Assembly (NCBI GenBank): GCA_050250895.1
Contig: JBFWNU010000003.1
Coordinates: 778,109 to 842,108, forward strand
Source: Vulcanimicrobiota bacterium
GTDB taxonomy: Bacteria > Vulcanimicrobiota > Xenobia > Xenobiales > JADMJV01
Direction: 5' to 3'
DNA: 64,000 nt
Part shown: piece by piece, positions 19,547 through 29,043 of the stretch
Layout of the letters: each line of letters starts with the position of its first letter
Position numbering within the stretch: the stretch's first letter is position 1
Position numbers and translations under genes: made by a program
Notes under the pieces: model-generated
What the model saw: only the letters and a program-made list of their open reading frames with translations
What the model was told of the DNA's origin: nothing
The model's database searches: none

Positions 19547-21595
19547 GTATTGCAGGCTGCGCAGCTGGCGCTCGAGTTCAGCCTTGGGCAGGTTGGCGGG
19601 CGAGGCCTGGGTGCCGGGAGGCAAGAGCAACTCGAGTCGGGCTCTTAGTCCCGGCCGTTCAAAGGCGAGATTGTGCTTTTGCTCGGGGTCGCTGAGCAGG
19701 TCGTAAAGTTCTAGCGGCTGCAGCCGGTTCTGGGCGCTGGCGCGAGTGCGGATGAGCACGAATTGCTCCTCGCGCACGGCGTCGAGGTCGATCTGACCGA
19801 AGGCCGGGTTGAGAGCAGCCAGATCTGGACCCAGCCGCAGCGAGGCCTGACCCACTGGCGGCAAGGCCGCGCCGGTGAAGACGCGCCCTTGCATCTGCTC
19901 GGGGACCGGATGCCCGGTCCAGGCCAACACCGTGGGGGCCACATCGATATGGGTGAAGAGGCCATCGATTCGTTGGCCCGCCATCGCCTGACCAGGCAGC
20001 TTGACGATCGCCGGCACCCGCAAGACCTCCTGATAGAGCGACTGGCCGTGCTCGGTCGAGCCATGCTCGAGAAACTCCTCGCCGTGGTCCGAGACGAGCA
20101 CGATCAGGGTGTTGTCGTAGAGGCCTTTCGCCTTGAGATAGGCTAACAACTGGCCGAAAGCCAGATCATTGGCTTCGACTTCGGCCGCATACAGCGCTCG
20201 GGCTTGCTCCAGGCGAGTCGGTACGGTGGGATCGCGGTAGGAAGCGTCCCGGGCCAGGGCATGGAGTTGCTCGGAGTTGATGGCGGTCTGGCCCTCGGGA
20301 GCGTAGGGGCTGTGGGGTTCGAGGGTGTGCAGATAGAGAAAGAACTTGCCGGGCTTTTCCAGCCACTCGAAGACGGCCTCGTGCAGTTCTCGGGCCGAAG
20401 CGCCACTGCGCAGGTCAAACTGCGCAAAGCCCTGACCAAAGCCCGCCGCGGTCGAGATGAAGTCGTTGGCAACCACGGCCCGGGTGCGGTAGCCGTCCGC
20501 CTGAAACGGCTCGGGCAAGCGAGTGACCCCGGACCGCAGGGTATCGCCATAGTCCTGACAGCCGTGTTCGCGGGCCGGCAGCCCGGTCAGGATCGAAGCC
20601 ACCGCCGGCTTGGTCCAGCCGGCCGCCGCCTGAGCCTGGTAAAAGAGCACCCCGTCTTTGGCCAGGGCGTCAAAGTTGGGTGTGTGGGCTTTAGAGTTGT
20701 AGCACCCCAGGGCGTCGGCCCGCAGGGTGTCGACCACATAGATGAGCACGTTGGACTCGGTTTGGGCCGGGGGCAGCACGACCGGCGGGGCCGGGGGGGG
20801 AGGGGCCTGGAAGCGCACCAGTCGGCCTCGAAAGCGAAGACCCAACTGCCCCGAGATGGGCGCTTCGGTCACGGCCGTGAGGCGCAAAGCGCCCGGCGTC
20901 AGCGTCTGGCGGTGGGGCCCGGGCCCCTCCAGGGCGGCCTCGGCCGCCCCGCTCAGGCGCAGCTGCCACCCTTCCAGCGGCGGCGCCCCTTCCTCCAGCC
21001 AGGGTCTGAGCTGCTCGAGTTCAAGACGCATCCCCCCTTCGGCCGGTATTTCCAGGCACTGGCCGAAGGGCAGCAGCACCTCGTCCTTCTCCCTGGCCAG
21101 GCTGGCAGGCGAGTTTCCCGCCACCGTCACCGACAGTCCTCTCCAGCGCGTGCCTGGAGCAATTTTCAGGACCAACAGGTTCTCTCCCGGGCGCGTCTGC
21201 CCAGGCTCGGCAGTGGCCGTGAAGCGGGCCGGGCCCGCTCGCAGGTCGACGCCTCCTAAGGACTTTCCGTTGAGTTCGACGGTGCCCGTGCGAGGCTGGT
21301 CGCAGTCACCTTCGAGCAAGATGTTGACTCGGGTCGGCTCGAGCAAGTAGAACCGCAGTTCGGCCGCGTCCGAGGTGGTGGACAGCCAGCGATGGCGGTC
21401 TGAATCTTCCCACCCGGCCCCAACGAACATCTGGGTCTCGCGGTCTCCGACCGGAGTGGTCGGACCAAACAACGGACCGGTGCCGGCCCTGTCCACCAGG
21501 GAGGCAAGATCCACCACGGTGCGGGGGCGAAGCCACCACCAACCCGCCAGGGTGAGCAGGCAAACGACCACCAAAAAGCCGATCCGACGGACCAC
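19541..21595 (-). CDS. Membrane-anchored sulfatase-family hydrolase/transferase
   Basis: 'VVDTLRAD', 'WTKPAVASILTG', 'EPHSPY', 'SDHGEEF', 'ELYDL..DPEQ'; GTG start chosen from the AGG-N18-AGAA-N9 promoter. Confidence 0.88.
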   Translation of the reverse strand: MVRRIGFLVVVCLLTLAGWWWLRPRTVVDLASLVDRAGTGPLFGPTTPVGDRETQMFVGAGWEDSDRHRWLSTTSDAAELRFYLLEPTRVNILLEGDCDQPRTGTVELNGKSLGGVDLRAGPARFTATAEPGQTRPGENLLVLKIAPGTRWRGLSVTVAGNSPASLAREKDEVLLPFGQCLEIPAEGGMRLELEQLRPWLEEGAPPLEGWQLRLSGAAEAALEGPGPHRQTLTPGALRLTAVTEAPISGQLGLRFRGRLVRFQAPPPPAPPVVLPPAQTESNVLIYVVDTLRADALGCYNSKAHTPNFDALAKDGVLFYQAQAAAGWTKPAVASILTGLPAREHGCQDYGDTLRSGVTRLPEPFQADGYRTRAVVANDFISTAAGFGQGFAQFDLRSGASARELHEAVFEWLEKPGKFFLYLHTLEPHSPYAPEGQTAINSEQLHALARDASYRDPTVPTRLEQARALYAAEVEANDLAFGQLLAYLKAKGLYDNTLIVLVSDHGEEFLEHGSTEHGQSLYQEVLRVPAIVKLPGQAMAGQRIDGLFTHIDVAPTVLAWTGHPVPEQMQGRVFTGAALPPVGQASLRLGPDLAALNPAFGQIDLDAVREEQFVLIRTRASAQNRLQPLELYDLLSDPEQKHNLAFERPGLRARLELLLPPGTQASPANLPKAELERQLRSLQYL

Positions 21596-21675
21596 AACGG
21601 ACGATTCTGCAGGGTCGGGGTTGCCGCCTTTTCGCATGGGGGACGGGCCTGCTTCGATGGCAAAGATCCAGCAGC

Positions 21676-22845
21676 TTGAGCGACCACTCCAAAAGCAGCG
21701 GTTTCTACTGTCCGGCCTTCGACGGATTGCGCTGTCTGCTGCTGCTTTCGATCCTCGAATTCCACTATGGCCTGGGGCGGGTGGCCCTGGAGAAAATCTG
21801 GTGGATGTCGTTTGCTTTGCCGTGCTTTTTCGTGCTCAGCGGCTATCTCATCAGCCACATCCTCTACGACTATCGCGAGCGGATGTCGCGGGGCCAGACC
21901 CTCAAGGCTTTCTACGTGCGACGCGCCCTGCGGATCCTGCCGGCCTTCTACGCCGTCTTGTTGGTGGCTCATCTGGTGGGCGGGGTTCCCTATCTGGGTT
22001 GGCAGTTGGCTTATGTCTTCAACTTCAAGCTGTTTGCCCTGAGCGACCCGTTCAACCGTCAGGCTTTCTACGAGTTCATGGGGCATGTCGACTTCAACGG
22101 GGCCCACCTGTGGTCGATGGCCGTCGAGGAGCAGTTTTATGTGCTTTATCCGCTGTTCGTCTTGCTCTTGCCCCGGCGCAGTCAGGGCTGGTTGTTGGCG
22201 CTCGGCATCGCCGTCTCGGCGGCCTTGCGACTCTATCTCCTCGACCAGCATCCCCACACCTGCTACGGTGTGCTCACGCCCGTAGCCGGTGAATTCATCC
22301 TGTGGGGTTGCCTGGTGGCCTGGCTCGAATCGCGAGATTTGCTCAAAGGGTGGAACGGAACAACCTGCTTCTACGCCGGCCTCGCTTTTTTCGCTCTGCT
22401 GGTGGTGACTCAGGGCGATGTCGAGAACTTTCTGTTCGCCCAGTGGAAGCCCCCCGCCAATATGACCTTCTTCGGGTTGGCTCTGGCCCTGGTGGTCTTC
22501 GGTCTGCGCCACAGTCCCGACCAATGGTACTCTCGGCTGCTGATGCAGCGGCCCCTGCGAGCGGTGGGCAAGATCGCTTATGGCGCTTATCTCTTGCATC
22601 CCTTCCTCAACCCGATGGTGGACGCGGTGCTGGTCCTGCTTCCGTGGCTGGCCATGATTCCCGGCATGCCACGGGCTCTACTGGGCCCGGTCTTCGCCAT
22701 CGGGGCGGCCGCCCTGATGTGGGTGAGCTTCGAGGGGCCTCTCAACCGTCTGCGCGACCGGGTGAGCCCGCTGCCTCAGAACAGAGCCAGCGAGGCCGAG
22801 GCGAACTCTGGGAACAGGTCGGGCGAGCCGACGCTGCCGCAGTAG
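21676..22845 (+). CDS. Acyltransferase-3 family (O-acetyltransferase)
   Basis: 'FDGLR', 'FFVLSGYLI', 'FYVRRALRI', 'HLWSMAVEEQFY', 'GKIAYGAYLLH'. Confidence 0.92.
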   Translation: MSDHSKSSGFYCPAFDGLRCLLLLSILEFHYGLGRVALEKIWWMSFALPCFFVLSGYLISHILYDYRERMSRGQTLKAFYVRRALRILPAFYAVLLVAHLVGGVPYLGWQLAYVFNFKLFALSDPFNRQAFYEFMGHVDFNGAHLWSMAVEEQFYVLYPLFVLLLPRRSQGWLLALGIAVSAALRLYLLDQHPHTCYGVLTPVAGEFILWGCLVAWLESRDLLKGWNGTTCFYAGLAFFALLVVTQGDVENFLFAQWKPPANMTFFGLALALVVFGLRHSPDQWYSRLLMQRPLRAVGKIAYGAYLLHPFLNPMVDAVLVLLPWLAMIPGMPRALLGPVFAIGAAALMWVSFEGPLNRLRDRVSPLPQNRASEAEANSGNRSGEPTLPQ

Positions 22846-23948
22846 TGGCTCAAGAGTTCGCGATAGTCGGTGGTCACCGGCAGGTCCATTCCGTCGACCA
22901 GTGCTTCGGCCGCTAGCCCCGGCCAGCGTCCATGGACCCGTCCGCCTCGCAGCTTGGCCCCCATCACCAGGCTGCACGAGGCCAAGCCGTGGTCGGTGCC
23001 GAGACTGCCGTTCTCGGCCAGGCGCCGGCCAAATTCGGTGACGGTCATGACCGTCACCCGCGCTTGCAGCGGGCCCAGGTCCCGCCAGAAGGCATCCAGG
23101 CTACCGGCCAGGTCGTAGAGCAACCGATTGAGCCCGATCAGATGACCAGGCCACTCGGCCAGAATCTGGCGTGAGTGGCTATCGAATCCCCCGAACTCGC
23201 AGTGGACGGCTCCCAACTCGACACCCTGCTTGAGTAAGAAGGCTACCACCTTGAGCTGCTCGGCCAGTTCGTTGTCGGGATAGTCCCGGGCGGGCCGATA
23301 GGAGCGCGGATTCAGTCCGGCCAGAATCTCTCGCAGCCGAGCCTGCTGGCGCGACAGACGGGCCACCGGATCGCTACCCTCCAGGGCCGGCGCCGTCCAG
23401 GGCTCAAGATCGTCTAGCTTGCGGGCCGAGAGCACCGGCCCCGGCCCCTGCAACAGGGTGGGCACGTGGGCCGCCGTCGACAGGGCCCACTGATGCTCTT
23501 GCAGATGGCGGTTGAGCCATCCCGGCGGCTGCCTTTCACCCCCGAGTTCGAGATAATCCTGGGCGATAAAGTGCGAACGCGACCTGTCGCTCGTGCCCAC
23601 CGCGCACACCGGCGCCAGGGTTCCCTCGCGATAGTGGGGCAGCAGCGCCCGCAGGGCCGGATTGAAGGCAAACTGCTCATCCAGACGCAGAGGCTTGAAC
23701 TCGCCGTCGGGCCGGGGCAGGGCCAGCCGCGGACGCAGCCGGTAATACTCGTTCTCTTGATACGGCACCAGCGCGTGCATGCCGTCCAGGCCCCCCCGTA
23801 AAAAGACCACCACCAACACCTCGCCCTGGGATTGATGGGCGGCTACCGAAGTCGGCGCCGAGCGGGGGTCGGCGCTGGCCCAGAAGCCTCCGCTCGAGAG
23901 GCCAAACAGGCTCAGGGCACCGATCTTGAGCACCTCGCGGCGACGCAT
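22776..23948 (-). CDS. DUF1501 family protein with Tat-like signal
   Basis: 'RRREVLK', 'FLRGGLDG', 'RSHFIAQ', 'GGFDSH', 'TEFGRR..ENGSLGTDHG', 'TTDYR'; TGATG-coupled to the DUF1800 gene. Confidence 0.9.
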   Translation of the reverse strand: MRRREVLKIGALSLFGLSSGGFWASADPRSAPTSVAAHQSQGEVLVVVFLRGGLDGMHALVPYQENEYYRLRPRLALPRPDGEFKPLRLDEQFAFNPALRALLPHYREGTLAPVCAVGTSDRSRSHFIAQDYLELGGERQPPGWLNRHLQEHQWALSTAAHVPTLLQGPGPVLSARKLDDLEPWTAPALEGSDPVARLSRQQARLREILAGLNPRSYRPARDYPDNELAEQLKVVAFLLKQGVELGAVHCEFGGFDSHSRQILAEWPGHLIGLNRLLYDLAGSLDAFWRDLGPLQARVTVMTVTEFGRRLAENGSLGTDHGLASCSLVMGAKLRGGRVHGRWPGLAAEALVDGMDLPVTTDYRELLSHYCGSVGSPDLFPEFASASLALF

Positions 23949-25306
23949 CAAGGCGCCTGAAAGTCCGGGCTGCTCAAGGCCAGGTCCAGCAACCGCCCGG
24001 GCTTGCCTCGGGCCGCCTCGAGGGCGGCCATCGTGTCGGCGGTTGCCTGACCCAACAGGTAGCGTTGCAAAGCTTGTTCGGGAGTGGCCGCCGGCGTCGC
24101 GAGGCTGGCAATGACCTGTCGGCGAGCCTTGAGCCCGACCGTCGACAACCAGGTCGAGGCGCGGTCGGGCCACCCCCCGGGATTGGGGCAATAGTAGGGC
24201 GAACCCATCTCTTCAATGGCAGCCACGGCCGCCTCGGGCACCGGCTCGGTGCCGCTGGCCGCCAGGGCCGAGCAGACGAACTGGGTCGGCGTGGCCAGCT
24301 TGGCGCCGCCCTCGCGAAATTCGGGCGAGTCGAGGATGACGCCCATCACCTCGGCGATCTCGCCCCCGCTGGCTAGATAGGTTTGGGCCGCCCGTTCGAC
24401 CAGGGCCGGCGGCGGGGTGTCGCTCACGAACCGGGTGACCAGTTTTTGACTGAGGAAGTGGGCTGTGGCCGGGTGGACCGCCAACATGGCGAGGGCCGCC
24501 TGTCCATCCTCCAGCGACTGGCCCAGAATGACCTGTGGCCCGGGGGCGTGATAGTCGGGATAGTACCGAAACTGCAGATAGTCGGGTTGACCGGGGTCGT
24601 TCTGGTAGGACCAGCCCGAGAAGAGGCGGGCACAGGCGACCACTTCAGCCTGGCTGTAGACGGGCCCGCAGGTGTAGAGTTCGAGCAGTTCGCGACCGAA
24701 GTTCTCGTTGACCGCCTGCCCGGGCGAAACCGTGTTGTCGAGGTTCTCGAGCACGGCCGGATTGGTCACCGCCACGCGTAACAGGTCGCCGAACTTGCCC
24801 AGGGCGTGGCGGCGCAGGTCGTCTTCAAGCCGGCCGAAGTTGCAGGCCACCACTTCGTTTTTGCGCGGGTCGGCGTTGAAGTGGTTGAACCAGAACTCGG
24901 TCATCACCTCGCGCAACTGCCATTTGCTGGTCAGCCCGCGCACTAGCCGCGCGCGTTGGCGCTCGCGCACCAGCACCTGGGTGGCCTGGGGGTGGTCCAC
25001 CAGGGCTCGGTAGATCTCGGCCGGGGGAAGCTCGAGATAAGGCAGGCTCTTGAGTTGGACTTGCACCGGCGGTTCGGGCCGCCGGTCGGGATGCAACTGT
25101 TCGGCCAGATAGGCATCGAGGCCCTGGTGACGAGCCGCCTGGAGATCCGCCTCGGTGGTGGCCATGCGAGTGCGACGCAGGGCTCGAACGGTCTGGTCCT
25201 CGTCGGCCCCGGCCCCGGTCAGGCAGACGAGTGCCAGCGCCAGACTCAGGAGCCGGCGCGTTCGACGCCGTTGACCGAATGAATACGGACGCTCTTGACG
25301 GCCCAT
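23948..25306 (-). CDS. DUF1800 family protein (start uncertain)
   Basis: 'QLREVMTEFWFNHF', 'NENFGRELLEL', 'HPATAHF', 'SPEF', 'GWP'. Confidence 0.88.
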   Translation of the reverse strand: MGRQERPYSFGQRRRTRRLLSLALALVCLTGAGADEDQTVRALRRTRMATTEADLQAARHQGLDAYLAEQLHPDRRPEPPVQVQLKSLPYLELPPAEIYRALVDHPQATQVLVRERQRARLVRGLTSKWQLREVMTEFWFNHFNADPRKNEVVACNFGRLEDDLRRHALGKFGDLLRVAVTNPAVLENLDNTVSPGQAVNENFGRELLELYTCGPVYSQAEVVACARLFSGWSYQNDPGQPDYLQFRYYPDYHAPGPQVILGQSLEDGQAALAMLAVHPATAHFLSQKLVTRFVSDTPPPALVERAAQTYLASGGEIAEVMGVILDSPEFREGGAKLATPTQFVCSALAASGTEPVPEAAVAAIEEMGSPYYCPNPGGWPDRASTWLSTVGLKARRQVIASLATPAATPEQALQRYLLGQATADTMAALEAARGKPGRLLDLALSSPDFQAP

Positions 25307-25710
25307 TTGTCCCCATTGCCGGCCATGTCGAAATCGAGCACCACCGGCACGTTGGTGGTGTCTTCGCCCAGGGTACCTTCGAAGGGGACCAGGGCGTGAT
25401 AGCGGCTGGCGTCGACCTTGTTCAACACCGGCGAGGCCGTCATCTTGAGATGCCACTCGCGGTCTTCAGACTCGGGGTCGGCGATGGGAAAGAGCCCCTC
25501 CACCGAGCGAAACTGAACGTAATACGACAAAGACGTCAGGATCTTTTCCTGTTCGGGCGGAGCCTTTGGCTGGGCCGGCGGAGGAGTGTAGGTGCGCTTG
25601 GGAGTGCTCTTGAAGGCGGGTGCGCTGCTACCGCCACCCCCGCCGCCCCAGGCCAGCACCAGCTGGGGAAGGAGCAGGAGGGTAAACACCAGGGCCAGAC
25701 TTTTCCTCAT
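25246..25710 (-). CDS. Secreted hypothetical protein
   Basis: Signal peptide MRKSLALVFTLLLLPQLVLA; AGG-N16-CGAA-N10-ATG upstream. Confidence 0.75.
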   Translation of the reverse strand: MRKSLALVFTLLLLPQLVLAWGGGGGGSSAPAFKSTPKRTYTPPPAQPKAPPEQEKILTSLSYYVQFRSVEGLFPIADPESEDREWHLKMTASPVLNKVDASRYHALVPFEGTLGEDTTNVPVVLDFDMAGNGDKWAVKSVRIHSVNGVERAGS

Positions 25711-25743
25711 CAGCCCTACTTTCGCCCACACGAGCGAATACCT

Positions 25744-26184
25744 TTAAGCGAGGTTGTGTTTGACGGCGACTTCGATGAGACCGCGGAAGGCTCCGCAGCC
25801 GGCCATTCCACCAACCACGGCGGCTCCTACGGGAGCTCCACCGGTAGCGGCGACCGAGCCGATCAAGGACCCGGTGGCAGCCAGGCTGGCTCCCGCGATG
25901 GCTCTCTCGACGAGAGTGCCGGGGATGTCGCTTTTGGCGCCCATGTAGGCGCCCACCACACCCGAGCCGGCCGCGGCTACCAGCGATCCGCCCGGTCCGA
26001 AGTAGTTGGCCACCGCTCCAGCGGCAGAAAAGCCACCTACGGTCAAAATGTTGCGACCGACGATGCCGAGATCTTCGACGGCAGTCTTGGTCCAGGAATC
26101 CCCGGCCGGTTGCTGGCTGGGAGCCTGCTGAGCCGCGGCGCGATAGGGGGTAGGGGTTTGACGGGGGACAGAAGAGATGTGCAT
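25744..26184 (-). CDS. Glycine-zipper-like membrane protein with disordered N-terminus
   Basis: Pro/Gln-rich N-terminus, then GxxxG-rich hydrophobic helices; RBS GAAAGG. Confidence 0.75.
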   Translation of the reverse strand: MHISSVPRQTPTPYRAAAQQAPSQQPAGDSWTKTAVEDLGIVGRNILTVGGFSAAGAVANYFGPGGSLVAAAGSGVVGAYMGAKSDIPGTLVERAIAGASLAATGSLIGSVAATGGAPVGAAVVGGMAGCGAFRGLIEVAVKHNLA

Positions 26185-26224
26185 AACGAACCTTTCGTGC
26201 GTATTCTCTTCCGCGTGCCTTTTC

Positions 26225-26256
26225 AGGCTAGTGTAAGGGCCTGAAAAAAACCTGAA
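26225..26256 (-). promoter_or_regulatory. Direct-repeat promoter TTCAGG-N5-TTCAGG-N9-TAGCCT
   Basis: Perfect 11-bp-period repeat (third CTCAGG at 26261-26266); same spacing to the -10 as in the sRNA promoters. Confidence 0.6.
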
Positions 26257-26266
26257 TTACCCTGAG

Positions 26267-27127
26267 TTAAAGCAGAAAGTGCACGGCTGCCGCCGCCGCT
26301 GCCCCCAGCCCGATGCCGGCCACGGCTGCTCCCACTCCGGCCCAGACCGGACTGGTCTTGGCGGTGTGCTGCAGGGTCGGATAGGTGTAGTCACCGACCT
26401 TGCGCCAGCTGATGTTGGGATAGAAGTCGTGGTCGTAACCGCGCAGGGTCGACCAGGTCTCGCACACCTGGCGATCGTTGCCATTGGAGTCGTGCTCGGT
26501 ATGGCAGCGGCTCTCGTGCCAGACATCGGGATCGATGTCTTCGGTGTAGCCGGTCATGGTGGGATGCGAGATGTCGTCTTGCATCCAGACTTCTTCGATC
26601 TTATCGTCATCGACAGCCTTGTAGCCGATGAATCCCCCCGCCGCCGCACCCAGCAGGCCGCCGGCCACCCCGGCAATCGCTCCACCGGTGCCCGTCAGCG
26701 GCGCCATGGCCGCCAGAATGCCCACGCCGGCGCCAGCGCCGGCGGCCAATCCCAGGCCCAGGCTGGTAAAGAAACTCTTCTTCTGGTCGTAGGTCTTTTC
26801 GGTCAGGGTCTGGGTGACCGACTCCTTGCGAGGATTGTTGCTGTTGTCATAGACCGGCACATCGCGATAGACGCCCACCGGTCCCATCTCGCACGAGCCG
26901 CCGCCGCAACTGTAGTGGCGGCTGGAGCCGGTCCACCATCCCCAACCCGGCACGGGATAACTCCAGGCGTGCTCGTAATAGTCTTGCGGGATGCTGCCCA
27001 ATCGCTCTCTCGACAAGACGGGCTGGTCCCAGGTGCGAGTAATCGTCTTCTCTTCGCGAGGGTCGAACGGCAGGAGCTTTCGGCTCACCGGCCGAGGATT
27101 GCTGGGGGCTTCGGATGTGATGCGCAA
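26267..27127 (-). CDS. Hypothetical protein with two related Cys-containing beta segments, each followed by a glycine-zipper TM region
   Basis: TTG after AGAGAGGA; extended -10 TGtTAGGAT at 27160-27168; 'TWDQPVL' vs 'VWMQDDISHPTM' partial internal repeat. Confidence 0.75.
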   Translation of the reverse strand: MRITSEAPSNPRPVSRKLLPFDPREEKTITRTWDQPVLSRERLGSIPQDYYEHAWSYPVPGWGWWTGSSRHYSCGGGSCEMGPVGVYRDVPVYDNSNNPRKESVTQTLTEKTYDQKKSFFTSLGLGLAAGAGAGVGILAAMAPLTGTGGAIAGVAGGLLGAAAGGFIGYKAVDDDKIEEVWMQDDISHPTMTGYTEDIDPDVWHESRCHTEHDSNGNDRQVCETWSTLRGYDHDFYPNISWRKVGDYTYPTLQHTAKTSPVWAGVGAAVAGIGLGAAAAAAVHFLL

Positions 27128-27224
27128 GGGGGGGTCCTCTCTCTGGCGTGGACCCTGGCATCCTAACATCGCAAAGCTCGCAGGATTTTTCCGAAATGTA
27201 AAGGGCTCGCCTTCGCGGCGCCAA

Positions 27225-27338
27225 GGAGCCGAGCTGCGCTCGGAGATGGTAGTGGAGCTAGCTCCAAGAAGGGAGCCCTGACTTCGCTTGCGCTCGTCAG
27301 GGAGATGGGAGCGAGGTTCGCAGGCTCACCTCGAGATT
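27225..27338 (+). repeat. Array of 4 GGAG/GTAG-tagged hairpins (REP-like)
   Basis: Units [GGAG|GTAG]-stem-loop-AGA(T/A)G; stems ccgagc/gctcgg, tggagc/gctcca, ccctgac/gtcaggg, cgaggt/acctcg. Confidence 0.8.
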
Positions 27339-27370
27339 TTGACGCTTCGCGTCGCCGGGCTTGGCCGGGG

Positions 27371-27452
27371 GTGTGCGCCGTACACTCGCTCCAACACAGT
27401 GTACGGCGTACACGTGCGCCGTACACCGAAGAAGCCACTCTGTACGGCGCAC
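27371..27452. repeat. Two adjacent GCCGTAC-cored inverted repeats
   Basis: 16-bp stem (one G.T) 27371-27386/27398-27413 and perfect 12-bp stem 27414-27425/27441-27452. Confidence 0.8.
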
Positions 27453-27665
27453 AATCCAAGTCTCCGGGCCGACGCCGCCGCCCGCCGGTTCGCGGACTCG
27501 CCAAGAGATGTGTCGGGGCAGTCGGGTGTGGCCGGGTCGCTTGGCCGGGCGGCCAAGCCGGGGGGACGCTACGGAAGCTAGGCGGAATGTCTAGAGAACT
27601 GGGGTGAGACGGCGAGTCCATGATGTGTCGGCTCAGATACATCCGTTTCAACGGAACTGTTTGAG

Positions 27666-28184
27666 ATGTTTCACCTTGTGAAAAGCCTCCACTTGATAGA
27701 CAAGAACTTCGACGCGACGGCGGATTGGCGAGGGCTTCCGCGGCACGGTGAACTGCAGGGCATCTACTCTGAGGGTTCCGAGACCTTCACCGTATCCGAT
27801 TTGGGAATCGGATTTTTTCTCCGCCAACAACCGACATTCGTGGAATATGACCAAATAGCGTCGTTCCTGCATCCAGTGTTCTCAGAGCTTCAGTTCTTCA
27901 AGATTCGCCTGCGGACCGGTCAAACCATAAGTCTCACTCGCTCAAGCTCCTTTTTTCGGTTCCTCGAGACTTTGGTGTTCGACCTCGCGACGGAGAATGG
28001 CTTTGAAGAAGTCAGTTGTGAACTTTGGGGAATTCCCGAAGATCTTCTAGCCCTTCCATCCGAGGAAAGGTTCGAAGCACTCTGTCGATACCGAGCTTCA
28101 CTGATGGACGGGGGACTTGACCCAGACGTCGTCGCACCCCTCCAAACGAGGACCCTAGGCCACGCCGCGGGACGTGAGCATTGA
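27666..28184 (+). CDS. Hypothetical protein (atypical, AT-richer codon use)
   Basis: 172-aa ORF with globular composition; visibly more A/T than flanking genes. Confidence 0.6.
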   Translation: MFHLVKSLHLIDKNFDATADWRGLPRHGELQGIYSEGSETFTVSDLGIGFFLRQQPTFVEYDQIASFLHPVFSELQFFKIRLRTGQTISLTRSSSFFRFLETLVFDLATENGFEEVSCELWGIPEDLLALPSEERFEALCRYRASLMDGGLDPDVVAPLQTRTLGHAAGREH

Positions 28185-28344
28185 CCCCGAGGTAGAGGGG
28201 AGTCGCTCAGAAACTCGGGCGTGCTCTGCCCGCGTCGAAGACGTAAACTGGTCGCGCGCTCCCGGCGGATGGAGGTTGGCGGCTACGGAATCCGAAGGGT
28301 TAGGGTAGAAGGGCCTTCTGGCTACTGCTAACGGAGGATGCCGT

Positions 28345-28965
28345 GTGTTCGGGTTTGTGAGGATAGTCCCAAAGGATGGAGGTCTGGTGCCGGACCTTCC
28401 CGCGGGCGCGTCGTTCGCCGTATTGGTCTATTCCAGGGATGGAAAGTGGGCCATCTGTGATTGGGATGCGGATGAGGACGAGGAAGAAGGAGTTCCCAGT
28501 TCGGGCCACCGCATAGAATTCGGCGAGAGGCTGAGGGCGATGGTCTATTCGGCGGAAAAATATCCACCGAGTCTGGTGCTGGGCCTACGGGCTGTGATGG
28601 ACCGTTTTCCAAAGGACCCAACACGCGAATCCGCTCGGCTGATTTTCGAGGAGCAACTGGCGGCCTCGATTTATTCTCTTCTGAAAGGACAGCGGACATC
28701 CCCCTTTCTTCTCGCCGAGGCGTCTAGAGGCGACTCAATAGACTTTGCCAAAGGCGAGTTTTATTGGGTCGTAGGGCGAACCGCGAGCACTCCGAGAGCT
28801 TACAGATACCTCCAGGAACGCGGCGACTATAGAGAGGGCGACGAGTTTGTCTACTGGCTCGACGACCGGTGGCTCGATGTCTTACCATCGACCGCCTTCT
28901 TCCTTGACGACCAGGCTTTGGCCGGGCTCCCCGTGCTGGAGGGTGAAGGTTTCAGATATGTCTAG
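28345..28965 (+). CDS. Hypothetical protein (atypical, AT-richer codon use)
   Basis: 206-aa ORF; GGAGG 7 nt upstream of the GTG. Confidence 0.68.
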   Translation: MFGFVRIVPKDGGLVPDLPAGASFAVLVYSRDGKWAICDWDADEDEEEGVPSSGHRIEFGERLRAMVYSAEKYPPSLVLGLRAVMDRFPKDPTRESARLIFEEQLAASIYSLLKGQRTSPFLLAEASRGDSIDFAKGEFYWVVGRTASTPRAYRYLQERGDYREGDEFVYWLDDRWLDVLPSTAFFLDDQALAGLPVLEGEGFRYV

Positions 28966-29043
28966 GCGATTGGCGGAAGCTCGTTGCTTTCACGCTGTCC
29001 CTCGACCGACACGGCTTCTAGCCCAATGAGCCAAACCAAGCAC

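Noticed and set aside
27600-29040. Integron cassettes
   Set aside because: GTTAGGG at about 28299 has no matching RYYYAAC or attC fold; no integrase nearby.
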